Shown one piece after another: positions 14,128 through 29,100 of a stretch of 64,000 nt of DNA. Source of the DNA: Mytilus edulis (lineage: Eukaryota). Both the position numbers and the translations under genes were made by a program. The DNA lies in assembly GCF_963676685.1 (NCBI RefSeq), contig NC_092352.1:47926001-47990000 (forward strand). Direction: 5' to 3'. Under the pieces are notes generated by a model, which was not told the origin of the DNA, did not search any database, and saw only the letters and a program-made list of their open reading frames with translations. Position 1 is the first letter of the stretch; each line of letters begins with the position of its first letter.

Positions 14128-15774
14128 TGTTTACATCACCATATTATAGTGTTTGTTGAATTAAAAGAGGACTATTATTATAATCTCATAGTTTAGAATA
14201 CTTTTGTGGGTAGTTTGAAACAAAAAATCTAAGTTTGTTTAGTTTAACTTCACATACCACATCAATGTATTAGTTGGGAAGCAAGCAATTTTAAGCAAAT
14301 CATTGTTTTTTGATTAGTTAGTAATAGTAGATATTTTCTTACTTCAGACTAACACCAATACGATGGAAGTTAGAGAATTAAGTCATTTGGAAACGTCGCA
14401 GTGACACTTGATCATATTTTGTAAAAAACAGAGTTAAACAAGGGACACCTCCTTTTTTATTTGTTTTACTGAAAGCAATAAACACATGATGATGAAAAAC
14501 CAAAACAATCAACCAGTCTTTAGCATGTTTAGTAAGAGTATTCTTTGTAGCCCTATTGTTTTTAATTTCATATGTTTTGGAGTTTAGTATGACGTCTATT
14601 TTCACTGAACTATAAGAAAGAAGATATAGTATAGATTTTTTGTTAAGGGCCTTCAGCTGATGCCCACCTCTGGGTAGAGTGATTTTACCGCTTTGTTAAA
14701 GCTTCGTCTGTTATCTGCCCTTTGGTCGGGTTTTTGTCTCTTTGACATATACTCCATTTCCATTCTCAATTTTACGTGTATGACACAAAATAAAAATATA
14801 TGAGCTGCTTATACAAACATTTTCACGTTTACTGCACATTCATTTGATATTTGTTTTCCATTTTACTTTTCTATTCCCAAGTATTTTCATCAATGAGTTT
14901 CATTAATGAGGTTCAATCACTATGAATTACTCCACTCAGTAGAGATCTCATTCCGTACCATACCGTATAGTCGGCCTTCAGGTTGCAGTCTTGTAATTGA
15001 CTGCTCCATAGGCTTACATGTTAAACAGCTGATCTTTGAAATAAAATAAAATAAAAATGCTACATAGAAAAAAAAATTCATGTTCATATCATGTATGTAC
15101 TAATGTGAAATTGTGATTTAATCGAAAAAAAAGTGGGTCTTGCCACGAAAAATAAAAAGTTACGTAACCCTAAAGTCAAAACATTATTTTTCTACTTTCT
15201 GTTTGCTGTATTTACTTGGCCGCACCACTTCCAGTAAACATGATATCCTTCCACTTTCCTGGGTTGATATCAAAAGATGCAAGATTTTTTAAAAGTCTAT
15301 ATATATGTTTCAATTCAGCATAAACCTATAATCAAACAGAAAAAATTGAGTTCAGAAAAAAATTCAGAAAAAAGGCACTGTTTTGTTTCCCTCCATGTTT
15401 TGACATGCACCGGAAACTGGAGTTGTAATACAAGACTGGTACCTTCAAATGTCCCGACATGTACAAATTCAAACGAGAAAACAAGTAACGGCCTAATTCA
15501 TAACTATACAACTTACCAAAAATATGACCAACATGAACTAACGACACCCTATAAACTACTGACATCTGATTTGGGATAGGAACATCAACATGCGGCGGGG
15601 TTCAAAATGTTTGTGTTTACTCAACCCTACCCATATATATTATGGTGTTTAACAAGTCATTAACCCAAAGACAAAACCGTGTTATACTAATAATACTGAA
15701 GTAAAAAACTTTAGAAAAAGATGAATGCATGTTGGGTGAATACATTCCAATTTTATATAGTTTGGGTCGCATTA

Positions 15775-16002
15775 AAAAGTAAAATCACAAAAATACTGAA
15801 CTTAGAGGAAAATCAATTTGGAAAGTCCATAATCACATGGAAAAATCAAATAACAAAACGCATCAAAAACGAATGGACAAGAACTGTCATATTCCTGACT
15901 TGGTACAGACATTCTCAAATGTAGAAAAGGGTGGATTAAACCTGGTTTTATAGCGCTAACCCTCTCACTTCGATGACAGTCTCATCAAATTCCGTTATAT
16001 TT
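15775..16002. repeat. Dispersed repeat family; inverted copy at ~59935-60155
   Basis: Shared AAATACTGAACT...ATTCCTGACTTGGTACAG...GGTTTTATAGCGCTAA block in opposite orientations. Confidence 0.75.
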
Positions 16003-16841
16003 GAAATGTTCATAGACATTTTCCAAGTCATTTACACGGACATTCATACCGACAACGATTCCTCCACTCACTATGAACTGGACTCCTGATATTGTTTTGT
16101 TCGTATTGACTCTTGACGATTGGTAAATTTACACTGAAAAAAAATATTAGGGACCGCATAAGAGTGTCTTAATATACCAAATGAATAACCTTGTAAACTC
16201 GGGTTTAATCAGCAGAGGTAAAATACAAACAATTTCATTATACTGTAGTTGGTTTATATAGCTTTTTTTTTTCTTCGGAATCTAAGATTTTTTAAAACTT
16301 TATGAGTGGTCATGGATAAACACTTTTCTACATTTTTTTTAGAGACCCCCCTCCCCTCCAAAAAAACCCCCAAACAAACAAAACTGTACAGAATACACTT
16401 TTGAAACATCTTTGTAGATCAGAGCGTTGCTGCTTATATTAGGAAATGTGGCGAAGTTGAATTCATTCCTTTCGAATATATTTACGCATGCTATTATGAG
16501 TTGGTTGACTGAATTTCAAATACGACAACAGATATGTTCCAATTGTCATAAAAACTATCCTGTCATATTTTCTTCTTAAGTGACGTACCTTTTTTCGAAA
16601 CAATCTGTTTCACGCACGGAGCAGTATCAGTTATTCTTCCGGAGCACCGGAGATCACGCCAGGTTTTAAGTAGGATTCGTATTGTTAGGTCTTCAGTTTT
16701 CTATGATAGGGTTTTGTCCTTTTGTTTGTCTTTTCATCGTATTTGTTTTGCCATGGCAATGTATGTTTGTTTTCTACTAAGAATATTTTTCTGCACTTAT
16801 GAATTATGACACGAAGACAAGATGAAGTCTTAATGAAACTT

Positions 16842-16847
16842 TTTATT
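16842..16847 (-). terminator. Probable polyadenylation signal of the minus-strand gene
   Basis: TTTATT on + equals AATAAA on -, downstream of the stop at 17018. Confidence 0.55.
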
Positions 16848-17017
16848 AACTATTTGAATACAGAAACATTTAAAATATCTATCCATTATAAAGAAAAAGA
16901 CTATTCATGACATTAACACAAACTACAGTACAGATTTGTTACAAACTGATGTGATATATTTTATCATCAACAATCAACTTTAATGCCATTCAAAAATTCA
17001 GGTGTCCAACATTCCCT

Positions 17018-17183
17018 CTACAAGATTGACTGCTCATTGTCATCCTCATCACTACCTTCAAACTTTGAAACAATTTTCGATTCGTCTTGTTCCAGTGTTG
17101 TTGGCGGAGAAGAATCGTTAACTGGACTTGGAGAGTTTACTCCCAATGTGATAGTGTCAAAATCAAACCCTTCAATAGATGCT
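17018..17183 (-). CDS. Terminal exon: acidic, Ser/Pro-rich cytoplasmic tail ending QSIL
   Basis: TTTCAG acceptor in phase 2 matching the TM exon; AATAAA 170 nt after the stop. Confidence 0.7.
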
Positions 17184-20100
17184 CTGAAATAAAAGAATAT
17201 CGTTACAAGTCCTTTTTTTAATTTACAGCTGAAAAGATAATTAAATAGTCTTGAGGCAAACAGATAAAAACATTTGGATGGTTTACGTTGTATATCACTT
17301 AACGACACTAGAAATACTACAATATATTAACATCACAAAATTTATGCAATTCTTTAAAAATAAAATTATTATTTTCTTAACATTTGTGTAGTTGTCAGAT
17401 TTTCTCTATCTATAATGGTTTAAAAAAAAAAAAAAAAATTGGCACTTTCCATACACTCCTTTTTTATTCAAGAACTTCTTTTGATATATTGAGTAACGTT
17501 CATGTATTGGTAATTTAAATATGCTCATCATGTTTCTTATCGTATACTCACATTGCTGTTGGATCTAATACAGGCTTACTAATATTATAACAGCCATCGT
17601 CCATTATACAGCCACTATCAAAAACATTGCTCATTTTATACGAGCTACAAAAAACAAAGTCGTATGTAAATTAATATATAATCGCAGATCTTGAAAATAC
17701 AATAGGCTTGATATCTTGCGCGTTGACCTTATTTCCGCTGTTGTAACTAGTTAAAAAATGAATTCTATAGACTATCCATGATGTCTGTAGTCAATAACGT
17801 AATCCTCCAATTTTTTATCATATCATGCCGATCATTGGTATTTATATAAGTAAATACATCATTTGGCTACCACGTTGTCAATGCACGAAACTACTAACCT
17901 TGTTGTCGGAATGCAACATGTTAACTTCATGCCGTCTATGACGTAAGGAAACTAGAACTAGCAAGGCGACTAACATTTTCTTAACATACTTAAATGAATT
18001 TATTGACTTATAGAACATTGTAAGGTTTGACGTATCTCGATCTCTGAACCTGTCTAGAACTAGCCAACTTAGTTGAAATTGATATTAAGAAATTTTTTTT
18101 TAATGTATAAGTGAGGTGACAAAGCGACACGAATGACCCAGTCTCAAAAAGTTGAAAAATCTGTAATTTCAATAACACATGTGAACACAAACATGATGGT
18201 AGTCTCACATATCAAAAATCAGCTCAAAATGTGAAGACGTTTAGAAAAAAAGTCTGTTTAACTGTGATTTTCAACAATTTTCAAAGTTGTAAATTTTGGC
18301 CAAAATTAACGGAGCGGAACAAAACTTAAACTTGATCTGTAACTCATCTTGGTTAACTCACATGCCAAAATTCATCCCAATATCTGAAAGAGTTTATATA
18401 AAAAAAAGTCCGTATAACTGTGATTTTCAACAATTTATCAAAGTCCAAAGCCCGTCATTTCAACAAAAATTAGCGGAATGACGGAATGACAGAATGACAG
18501 AATTTCGGAATGACGGAATTTCGGAATGATGGAGTTACGGAATTTCGGACTTACGGACAAGGGTAAAAATATATGGCACCGACAACTTCGTTGCGGGGTC
18601 ATACAAATCAATTCCTACATAGATATTAAGTATTGAAAACAAATTGGTGTCAGTGAATTTGTTAGATTTATATCCCATGGTTTTATAATATATTTTATAG
18701 GATATCATGCACTTTTTGAAGGTTTTTGAATTAAGGCCCTGGTTCTGGTTAATCAGGAAAAATGTATATATGAGCAAGTCCAAAAAATTGAATGGCATGG
18801 CACTTTTTACGATTCTAAAATACATGTTGCTTATTCCGGAAAGAAGAATTAGTGTTCTCATGGATTCTTTGACTTATGTAAATCGCATTTTCCGCAGTTT
18901 AAAACATATCGTTTTATTTGCCACAATGCATGTGTAAATAAATACTACATTATTTAACATACCCCTTTTGTCTGCAATACAACACAATAGCACCCACCAA
19001 AATACCAAGTATAGTACAACTTGTACATACTGCTAAGATAATGCTCACTGAAATGAAATTATAAAATAACTTTTATTGTATCATCAGCATCTGTTTTTGT
19101 ACTTTAAAAACATAAATCTTACTTAAAGCTTAAACTAGTTGATATGGATCTTGTCATGTTCAATATACATCTGAAGCTCTAATATAATAGTTAATTGTGA
19201 AAAAATCAACGCGTCAATTGTCACTAAGCTCTAGTACTGGTAAAAATAATTTGCTCAGATTAATCAATTAACTGTTAATAAGATCAACATTTAAAAACTT
19301 GAATTGCTTTAAATGACTGCACCTTCAGCTTGTGTGTATATTTCGGGATTTAATATACTGTTCAACAGTCACGAACTACCTAATAACCAAAAAGCTTTGA
19401 TAGTAATGATTGCTGTTTATTATTTTACGACACGCCATAACGCTCACTAAAATGAAAGCCATTCACTTACACAGTCGGTTCAAAAAACACCTGAAGGTAA
19501 AAAAATGTAAAGACTTCTCTGTGTGTTGTATTAAAAAAGATGTACACGAGTTTATAGATTAAAGACATATTAAAAAAAATACTCACAAGTATTATCTTCA
19601 TCAGATATTGGTAATGGTACTTAAATATAAGAAACAAAGTCATATACAACATACAAAAGAATGAAATTGCTATCACGAAAATAGGAAGAAACCGTTTAAA
19701 GTTTTCATAAGAAATTCCGTATAGAAGTTTTCATGAACTTTGTTCAATATCTAATGTCTCTTTTATTTGATAATATGAAATACCTCACACGCCTCTGATG
19801 TCACAATGTCGGTCCAATGTAATAAAATGTACCTTGGTAACCCCAAATTGTACCCATTGTTAAATTGCTAAATACATTAATGAATGTTAATTTTCTACCT
19901 TTTCTACTTTTTTTGATTTTTGAATCTTTTAAAATGTTATTTTTTTATGTATTTTTTTGTCAATTTATCCATTTGTTATAACCAAATATAAACAACATTT
20001 AAAATGTTGGTCACTGTTAAAGTAACTGCTAGATTAAAACACTCCAATGATTTCCAATTGATGTGTAAGAATTGACTCCCATTCATCGGTATAATACTCT

Positions 20101-23100
20101 CCTCAGCAAAATTCAAATGTTTTAAGAAAAAATCGCCCCGAAAAAACTACTACAGCTCATAAAGGTCTGTCTGCGTTGCCAACACAGGTCTACTTTCATC
20201 TTCAGCAATACACAATACAAACAATGTAGACAGGAATAGACTTATTGCCAAAAATCTTTATTATGTTTAACTTGTTTCACTGAATATATTTTACGGTCGG
20301 CACCTTTTTTTTTTTACACTTTCTATCTTTTTAAACTTTGTCAAAATCACAGAAAAAGTAAGCCATTGGCATTTCAATTCAATCATATATGTTTGAATCA
20401 CATAACCACATTGTACTAGTTGCTGATTTTGGCTTTTTGATTTGTGTATCAGTTTTTTTTTATGGTTCACAAAATAGGCAAACATGCAAATTGTCATATA
20501 AGAAAATGAATCACCTGATGTTAAGGCCTTATTTGAAGATCTTGTTTTGCTGATAATATTTTCTCTTAAACGTGACTACTAGCTATAGTATATTTGTGTT
20601 CCAGTTTTCGAAATTTTTGGCAAAACACTCAAAATGGGTAAAATCATCATTTTAAGAAAAAAAACTCTAATGAGGTGTCGACTGATGAAATTTGCAAAAC
20701 TATTTACTCGTAGTTTTCGTTATTCTGATTTTTATTTGCTATCTATAGTGTTTATTTGTCTATCATGGGTATTCTGATGAAAAACAAAAAATGCAAATAC
20801 AGTAAAGTATCCTTCCTTTGACTGCATACCCCAATGTTCTATGTTTAGTCATGTTAGCCATGTTGGTTGGCAGGTGGGGTCCATGGTACACTTCTTTAGA
20901 CAAAGATACTCAAATGATGAGTATGGATGAGTTTGATTCAAATTGAACAAATGGATTTACAGGAGTTTTTTTTTTAATTGTTTTACGAAGAGCGACGACT
21001 TTCTGTGACACACGACAGACGACTGATGCCAAGTGTTGAAAGAAAATGCAGGCGAAGTGAGCTTATAAGGTCGTTATGTTAAAAGAGCAGAGAAAAACTA
21101 AGCAAAATAATTCATATTTGTTTTATCATACATACCACAACAGTCATCAATAGAAACAGAGTCCGTTCCTTCTGTAGTCATTCCCTTAGGACATGACATA
21201 CAGAACGTTTGGCCATCTTGATCTTGATATGTGCCTTTGTTACATGACAGACATTCATTATTTGAAGCGAAATGGCCAATGCTACAAGGCACTGTAATAA
21301 AGAAGCAAAGAATTGCAAAGTGGAGTTTTACAATTACATATAAATGCGTGGAAGAAAGAGTATTACAGTTTAGTAACAAGAATGTGTCCTCAGTACACGA
21401 ATGCCCCACTCGCACTATCATTTTCTATGTTCAGTGGACCGTGAAATTGGGGTAAAATCTCTAATTTGGCATTAAAATTAGAAAGATCATATCATAGGGA
21501 ACATGTGTACCAAGTTTGAAGTCGATTGGACTTCAACTTCATCAAAAACTACCTTGACCAAAAACTTTAACCTGAAGTGGGACAGACGAACGAACGAACG
21601 AACGAACGGACGGACGAACGGACGCACAGACCAGAAAACATAATGCCCCTCTACTATCGTAGGTGGGGCATAAAAATAAGAAGTTAAGAATACGCTCGTA
21701 TGGTTACATTGTATAATGAAATTTCGAGCCTAGCTGCATTCAGGCATTCTATCCGATATAACAAATAATCAGTACCAATGCAGAACAAACAACAACTATT
21801 TTAACACTTATATTAACAATAAGCTTGATTTAAGGGGGAAATAAATAGTGCTGTTTTTTTTCTACAAAAAAACATCTTTGATCGAACTAGTTGTTTAAAG
21901 ACTGTATAATAAAACTGTTTCTTGTCTGAAAAGAACCATCAACAGATAATGCCTATCGGAATAAATAATTTCGCGATTTTTATCCGTCATAAAATATGGA
22001 AATAATAAATGCACGTAATAATTTCTGAATTTAAGGTCATAAACTCATTAGATATCGGGATTGGAATTTTATATTTTTGCGTCTGACACATTTCGTCAGC
22101 AAAGACCCAACAGTGACGCTCGAATAAATAAAAAGTTAAAAAAGCCAAATAAAGAACGAAATTGAAGGTCATTGAGGACCGAAAACTCCTAAATGTTTTG
22201 ACAAATACAACTAAAGGTAATCTATTCCTCAGGTAGGAAAGCCTTATTATTTCAAAAATTCATTAAAAATTTTGTGAACAGTTAATTTATAATTATGACA
22301 GTTTCCGCTTGCGATTAAAATTCGTCATTGGCGAAAGCAATATATATATAACAATTTATTTTCAATCATCTTGTTTATTTACTTTTTTCGGTTTCTCGGA
22401 GTTAACCTGATCGGACAATACTCGGAATTCACCTTGAACTCGTTAAGATTTTGACAGAAAATCAATAATACGCTGATTACATTTTATAGCTATCTAAAAC
22501 GAAGGACTAATTAGTAAAGGCGTTGATTGTATTGTTTGACAAAATTTTATGGTTAAATGGCATCCGTCACATGTCACATAAGAATTTATAAACTATTTTG
22601 CGACGCACGCGTTTGAAGCAAAATTTTGACGTCTCCTCTCCTTCTTTTAAGGATAGACCAGAAAAGAAAACTATTATTATGACGACAAATTTTCAAAAGC
22701 AAGAAAAATCTCTGATTTAAAACTTTATCCTTTGACTTTGATATAGATAATTGATTTCAGTGGGTACTTTAAAGTCGTTTCAGTGACACACGTGTTTCAA
22801 GCATAGTTTTACTTCTCAACTTTTTCCTTTACAATGGTCTATGAAGAAATCTATTCAAAAGATTTGGAAGATCTAGGAACATCCTCTTGAATGAGAGTAA
22901 ACCTTCAGTGTAATTACTACACCTTAAATGAGGGATCAATTTCTAGTGATAAAAACTTTTGTTTTGTTGTAAAAACCACTTCTAAATACAAAAGGGTACA
23001 TAATGATATTTTGAAGAAACTTTCCGAAAGATCTTTACATCTTTCTGATGTAATATGGTTAAAACATGTCCAAGCATTTTGTTATATTCCGGGAATAATA

Positions 23101-26100
23101 TCTTCTTTACTTTTAAAAGTAAGCGGCCCCCTTCTTTTAAAGTTGTTCAAAATATAATAAATTTTCCCCGTTTTAAGTTAAAAATAAAGTTCTTTTTAAA
23201 AGTAAATGTTAAGTGTTACTCGTTACAATAAAGACCTAAGATAAGTCTGACAGAATAATCATAGACAACAATGGGGCAAGCTCATCTTATTTAGGGGGTG
23301 GGAAAAATATTTAGGGGGTGGGAAAAAAAGGAAAATTGTAAACAAATAAAACAATAAAGTGGCGAAAAAAATATTGTTTTGGCGAAAGAGGTAGCGTAAA
23401 CAACTAGAGGCTCTAAAGAGCCTGTGTCGCTCACCGCGGTCTATATGAATATTAAACAAAGGAAGCAGATGGATTCATGACAAAACTGTGATTTGTGATG
23501 GTAATGTGTTTGTACATCTTACTTTTCTAAACAGTCTTGCTGCTTACAATTATCTCTATCTGTAATGACTTTGGCCCAGTAGTTTCAGTGGAAGATGTTA
23601 ATAAAAATTCACAAATTTTATGAAAATTGTTAAAAATTGACTATAATTCAATTAGGGGGTCAATTGACCATTTCGGTGATGTTGACTTATTTGTAAATCT
23701 TACTTTGCTGAACATTATTGCTGATTACAGTTTATCTCTATCTATAATAATATTCAAGATAATAACCAAAAACAGCAAAATTTCCTTAAAATTACCGATT
23801 CAGGGGCAGCAACCCAACAACGGGTTGTCTGATTCATCTGAAAATTACAGGGCAGACAGATCTTGACCTGATAAACAGTTTTACCCTAGTCAGATTTGCT
23901 CTAAATGCTTTGTTTTTTTTAGTTATAAGCCAAAAACTGCATTTTACCCCTATGTTCTTTTTTTTAGCCATTGCGGCCATCTTGATTTGATGGCCAGGTC
24001 ACCGGACACATTTTTTAAACAAGATACCCCAGAGATGATTGTGGCCAAGTTTGGATTAATTTGGTCCAGTAGTTTCAGAGAAGAAGATTTTTGTAAAAGA
24101 TAACTAAGTTTTACGAAAAATGGTTAAAAATTGACTATAAAGGGCAGTAACTCCTAAAGGAGTCAATTACTATTTTGGTCTGTTGACTTATTTGTGAATC
24201 TTATTTTGCTGAACATTATTGCTGTTTACAGTTTATCTCTATCTATTATAATATTCAAGATAATAACCAAAAACAGCAAAATTTCCTTAAAATTACCGAT
24301 TCAGGGGCAGCAACCCAACAACGGGTTGTCTGATTCATCTGAAAATGTCAGGGCAGACAGATCTTGACCTGATAAACAATTTTACTCCATGTCAGATTTG
24401 CTCTAAATGCTTTAGTTTTTGAGTTATAAGCCAAAAACTGCATTTTACCCCTATGTTCTATTTTTAGCCATGGCGGCCATCTTGGTTTGTTTTTTTAAAC
24501 TAGATACCCCAATGATGATTGTGGCCAAGTTTGGTTTAATTTGTCACAGTAGTTTCAGAGGAGAAGATTTTTGTAAAAGTTAACGACGATGGACGACGGA
24601 CGCAAAGTGATGGGAAAAGCTCACTTGGCCCTTCGGACCAGGTGAGCATATAATTGACTCAGGGGAAACCCTGATTATGACCATGTCAACGATAACAGAA
24701 ATCCTGACTTCTTTGCTGGTGATAATAGACAGAAAATAAAGCGGTATTTCTTTTTGCAAATAGATGTGCTTTATCTGAACAATTTACCAAAACACCTATT
24801 TAAAAATAAATTATGAAATATCTAGGGAAAATATTTACCGCAGTATGCAATAACAGGAACTGTGCCAGATGGACAATTTAAACTGATTGCAGATGTAGAA
24901 CTATTCTCAACAATTTTATATATTATACTATTTTGTTGAAAATCTAACTCAGTTCCGTTTTCCAATGATTTAAGTTCTGTGACGGCGTCTCCAAATCCAT
25001 AAACACAGGTCTCCAGTCCATCTGAAATTTAAATCATACATTAGTTACATCGAATTTGTTTAAGTAAATTCTTCCTGTCTTGACGTTATTCATTTAAAAA
25101 TAAGGAAAGGTTTTATGATTGCAAATGAAAAAAAAATCCACCAAAGTTCAAATACAGTGGAGTCAAGCAAATATAGGCAACCGTACAGTCTTCATTATGT
25201 TCAATAATGAGATAAATCCATACCGTATAGTCGGCTACAAGTTCTGACATAAAGAATATAAAACGACAAACAATGTTGTGATATCCAATTGTTAGCGGTT
25301 AGTATTGATAGTTATAATCTTAACTAAAACAAAAATGTCACCGTTTTTTGAAACTGTTCCAATAATGACATATTATACATTTTGCTATTTACAATACTTA
25401 CGTGTAGTTGTATCACATGTTAATTTTACTGTAAAACCCACAGAAGAGTTAGTGTCTAGATTCTTTATTGGAATATCGCAATTTATAACTTCATTGCTGG
25501 TTATGGTACAGATGTTTGACGTCACACATGTAAGTTGCAGGGCAGCTGACTCAATTATAGCCGTTATGTTGTTTTTGACATCGGCAGTGGATGACGTATC
25601 ACATCCCTCCATGTCGTAATACGCTGTATGATTGACGTGAATTTTTGTTGATGGAACAATCTCTGAAATTATAATCAGACAGTAACACATTTATATATTG
25701 GGAAAATTATGCAAATTTTTTTTTTAGATCGCTGATTATTTAAACATTATACGGAGTCCCCCATTATGTATCATACTTGCATAGATATAACCTTTATCAC
25801 TGTTGTAATTATACATTACAAATCATTTTGTTTTAATGCATTACCTCCCTTTGTATTTGTAGTATATCTAGTATCATGATCGGACATAACTATTAACCTC
25901 ATCTTTGAAATGATTATTTTTTTGTGTATAAATGATTTAAACAGCATTCTGATTTAGTCAGATAAAAGTTTTAACAATAGAACCTTAGATACTGCCAATT
26001 ATAAAATTTTCAAACCATTCGGATATAAGAAATATAGTTCTTCCTTAAACTATCTCTTTGTCAACAAAAGTCTTGATAATACATAAGAAAAATTGCAGGA

Positions 26101-29100
26101 TTTAAAAGAAATGTTCGATATCATAATAGACTTCAATTAAATTTTTAAGATAGGTACCCCGAAACTCCAAAACGTTAGTTTGCTTGACAACCATAGTATT
26201 AATCATGTTAATATATTTCGTTTTTTAAATTCTAAAATCCTATCAAAAAGGTCAAATTGCGCATAAGTTCAAAGAATAAGACAATATATGTACCTGTACA
26301 GTAAGGTAGTCGACCATACGGGTTATCACTTGTCTGAAAATCCCAATAGTAGTACGTTTCATTTCCACACACATATTTTTCTTTAACATCGTGGTCAAAG
26401 TCAAATCCTTCGTCGCAACTAAGTACACAAGTTATTGTGTTGCTGTTATTAACACACGACAAGGATGAGTTACCTGGTTCAACTAACTCTGTACATACTA
26501 AAGAAAAGATAGCGAGCAAATAATTTTATCATATACATGTATAGGTATATTAAGATGTGGTATGAGTGTCAATGAGACAACTCTCCATCATAATAACAAT
26601 ATATGCTAAATTTTATGATATATAGCATATATCAGTTCATGATTTCAAAAAACAAAATCATACAATTAAGAATAATTTTTATTTCTCTACTAATATCTTA
26701 TTTAACTTTTTGTTATTTCTGGTGATTTTATATCCTTAACCCTTCGAATTCTCAACTGGTGCTACATTTTCAGAATATTTTATTTCCTGGATAATGTCTT
26801 CAGATTAAAAAGATATGTGCCAACATGATCTACAATATAAAAATGTACTGACAATTGACGCATTTATTACTATTCATTTTTAGAATTTTAATGTCAAATG
26901 ACCTGGCAGTACCTCGACAAGATTCTAAGCTGCATATTTCAATTTCTGTATCTGATCCTTCACACGGTTTTCCTCCATTATCTGGAAGGGGATCTGCGCA
27001 TGCCCGCCAACGTTGGGTTGTACCATTACCACAGCTAACGGAACATTCTGTCCAGTTATCCCAGTCCGACCAACTGCCGTCAACTTCAACAAGAAATTTA
27101 CCATTACAGACAATTTCTTCAAAATTAAAATATCCCTTGATGAAAGATATGCCTCGGAAACATTCGTTAGTATAAACCTTAATCAGGAATTGTCGAATCC
27201 AAATATGTTAAATCCAACAACAATAACTGAGGTGTATGACCAAAAACCTATGTATATAAAACCATAGACTCGATGAACAAACATGATAGAAATTAAGTAT
27301 ACACATAATGAAGAAATATATTTAGTGAATATAAAAACCCAGTTTTGTTTGAATTACTAAAATCATATTATGCATTATGAGTTATCCTCTTTTAATTTTT
27401 TTTTGGAATACAATAGATTGAGCCCTAATCTAGTGATTTAATTGTCATGGTTATGTCTTTGAAAAGAACCCACCCATTGTAATTTCACATAACTCTCCTG
27501 TGTACCCATAATCACATGAACACGCATAACTGTTCACTTCATCTATACAGGTTGCATTATTCTGGCAGACATGTACAGTACAGTCATCAATATTCATATC
27601 ACAGTTACTGCCAGTAAAACCAATATCACATGCGCAAGTGTATCCTCCAAGTTTGTCAGTACAGCTGCCATTCACACAGGGATTCTTTTGGCAGTCATCA
27701 TAATCTGTAAAACAATAACCACAAGTTTCATCGAACTGAGTCCGATCAAAGATATCAAAGTGAAAAAGTAAGCGATTAAACTATTTTACACGTACCAATT
27801 AAAGAATATGAATGCGTCTTTCTGAAAAACATTTAACAATAATGTCCGAAATGTTTAACTGTAAATAACTCTGCAAATACCTAACCAATTTACCAATGTA
27901 TGTTTTAACTAAAAAAAGGTTAAACAAAAAACCCCAAGCATTCCTCTCGTCAACTTTTTTTTAGCTGTTGTAAAATACGTTTTGTATTTTATGTTGTCTC
28001 TTTTTGAAGAGTTTCTTTTTTGTCAGATATGGTGTCCGAATTATAGACAAACTTTCAGTAGGAGCTAAGTTGTATAACCATTACCCATAACAACACTATA
28101 TATAGATATATACTTGCCATCACATTTGGAGGGAATATTTATGTACGCATTCATTAGATTGCTATAAACAAACTCATTCCAGTTGACGAATCCGGAAGAC
28201 ACACCTTCACTTTTACATTTCGAATACCTATGTTCATTATCTATATACTCTTGCTGGGAAACTATGCTAAACTGTGAAATGGCTCCTTTGAAGTCATCTC
28301 CTGCAAAAATAATATAATGAATGTAAATCTCTATAAATATCTATATTTCATATTAAAAGTCTTACCAATGTAAATTGATAACAATATTTAACGATGTAAG
28401 GTCATTAGTTTAGCTAGTATGTAATAATAATGGAGAGACGAAGGATACCAAAGGAATAAAATCGAAAATTAACTTACAACGCAACGGCTAAAAAATAAAA
28501 ATTCCAACAAATGAACAACAGTAAACTGGAATGGACTCAGGTCTCCGAAAGGATTAGTAGATCCTACTCCTCATATGGCACCTGTTGTATTGCTCATTTA
28601 AGCAAACTATTCAACAACGTTAATAAACGCAAATATGATTTCAATAAGACACTGAATGAATGCCATGAGACAACTATCAACCAGTGTCCCATCTGTTTAA
28701 GTGTTGAATCAAAAACAATTTTGCCAAAGTATTTCTTTTAACACTAAGTAAATGCTAAAATGATTATTTGATTATTGAGTTCACTGTAATGATGTTTTAC
28801 AGTCAAAGCCCCGGTCACAACAGATCGTACGATTGTTTGTCGTGGAAGATCTATCAAATAGTTGTCGTGGCACTGCTGTGCAAAATGTGAAAAAAATATT
28901 TCGAGTGGTCACATCAGCTACGACATGTCCACGATAATCCCACGATGGGTACACGACAGAAAAAAAATTGTAATTGTACTGTCGTGGGTTTGTCGGAAGT
29001 CGGTCGTGCGACAGTCGTACGACAATCGTGAGTTGTTTGGCGCTATGTTTTTAGGTTTTCATGGCATGAGATGCGTGTGTAACTGTTGTGTCACTGTCGT

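Noticed and set aside
19323-19870. Tiny candidate exons (e.g. 19490-19471, VFFEPTV) between the last Cys repeat and the TM exon
   Set aside because: Splice signals look plausible, but I could not assemble a phase-consistent chain from the phase-1 donor at 21136.
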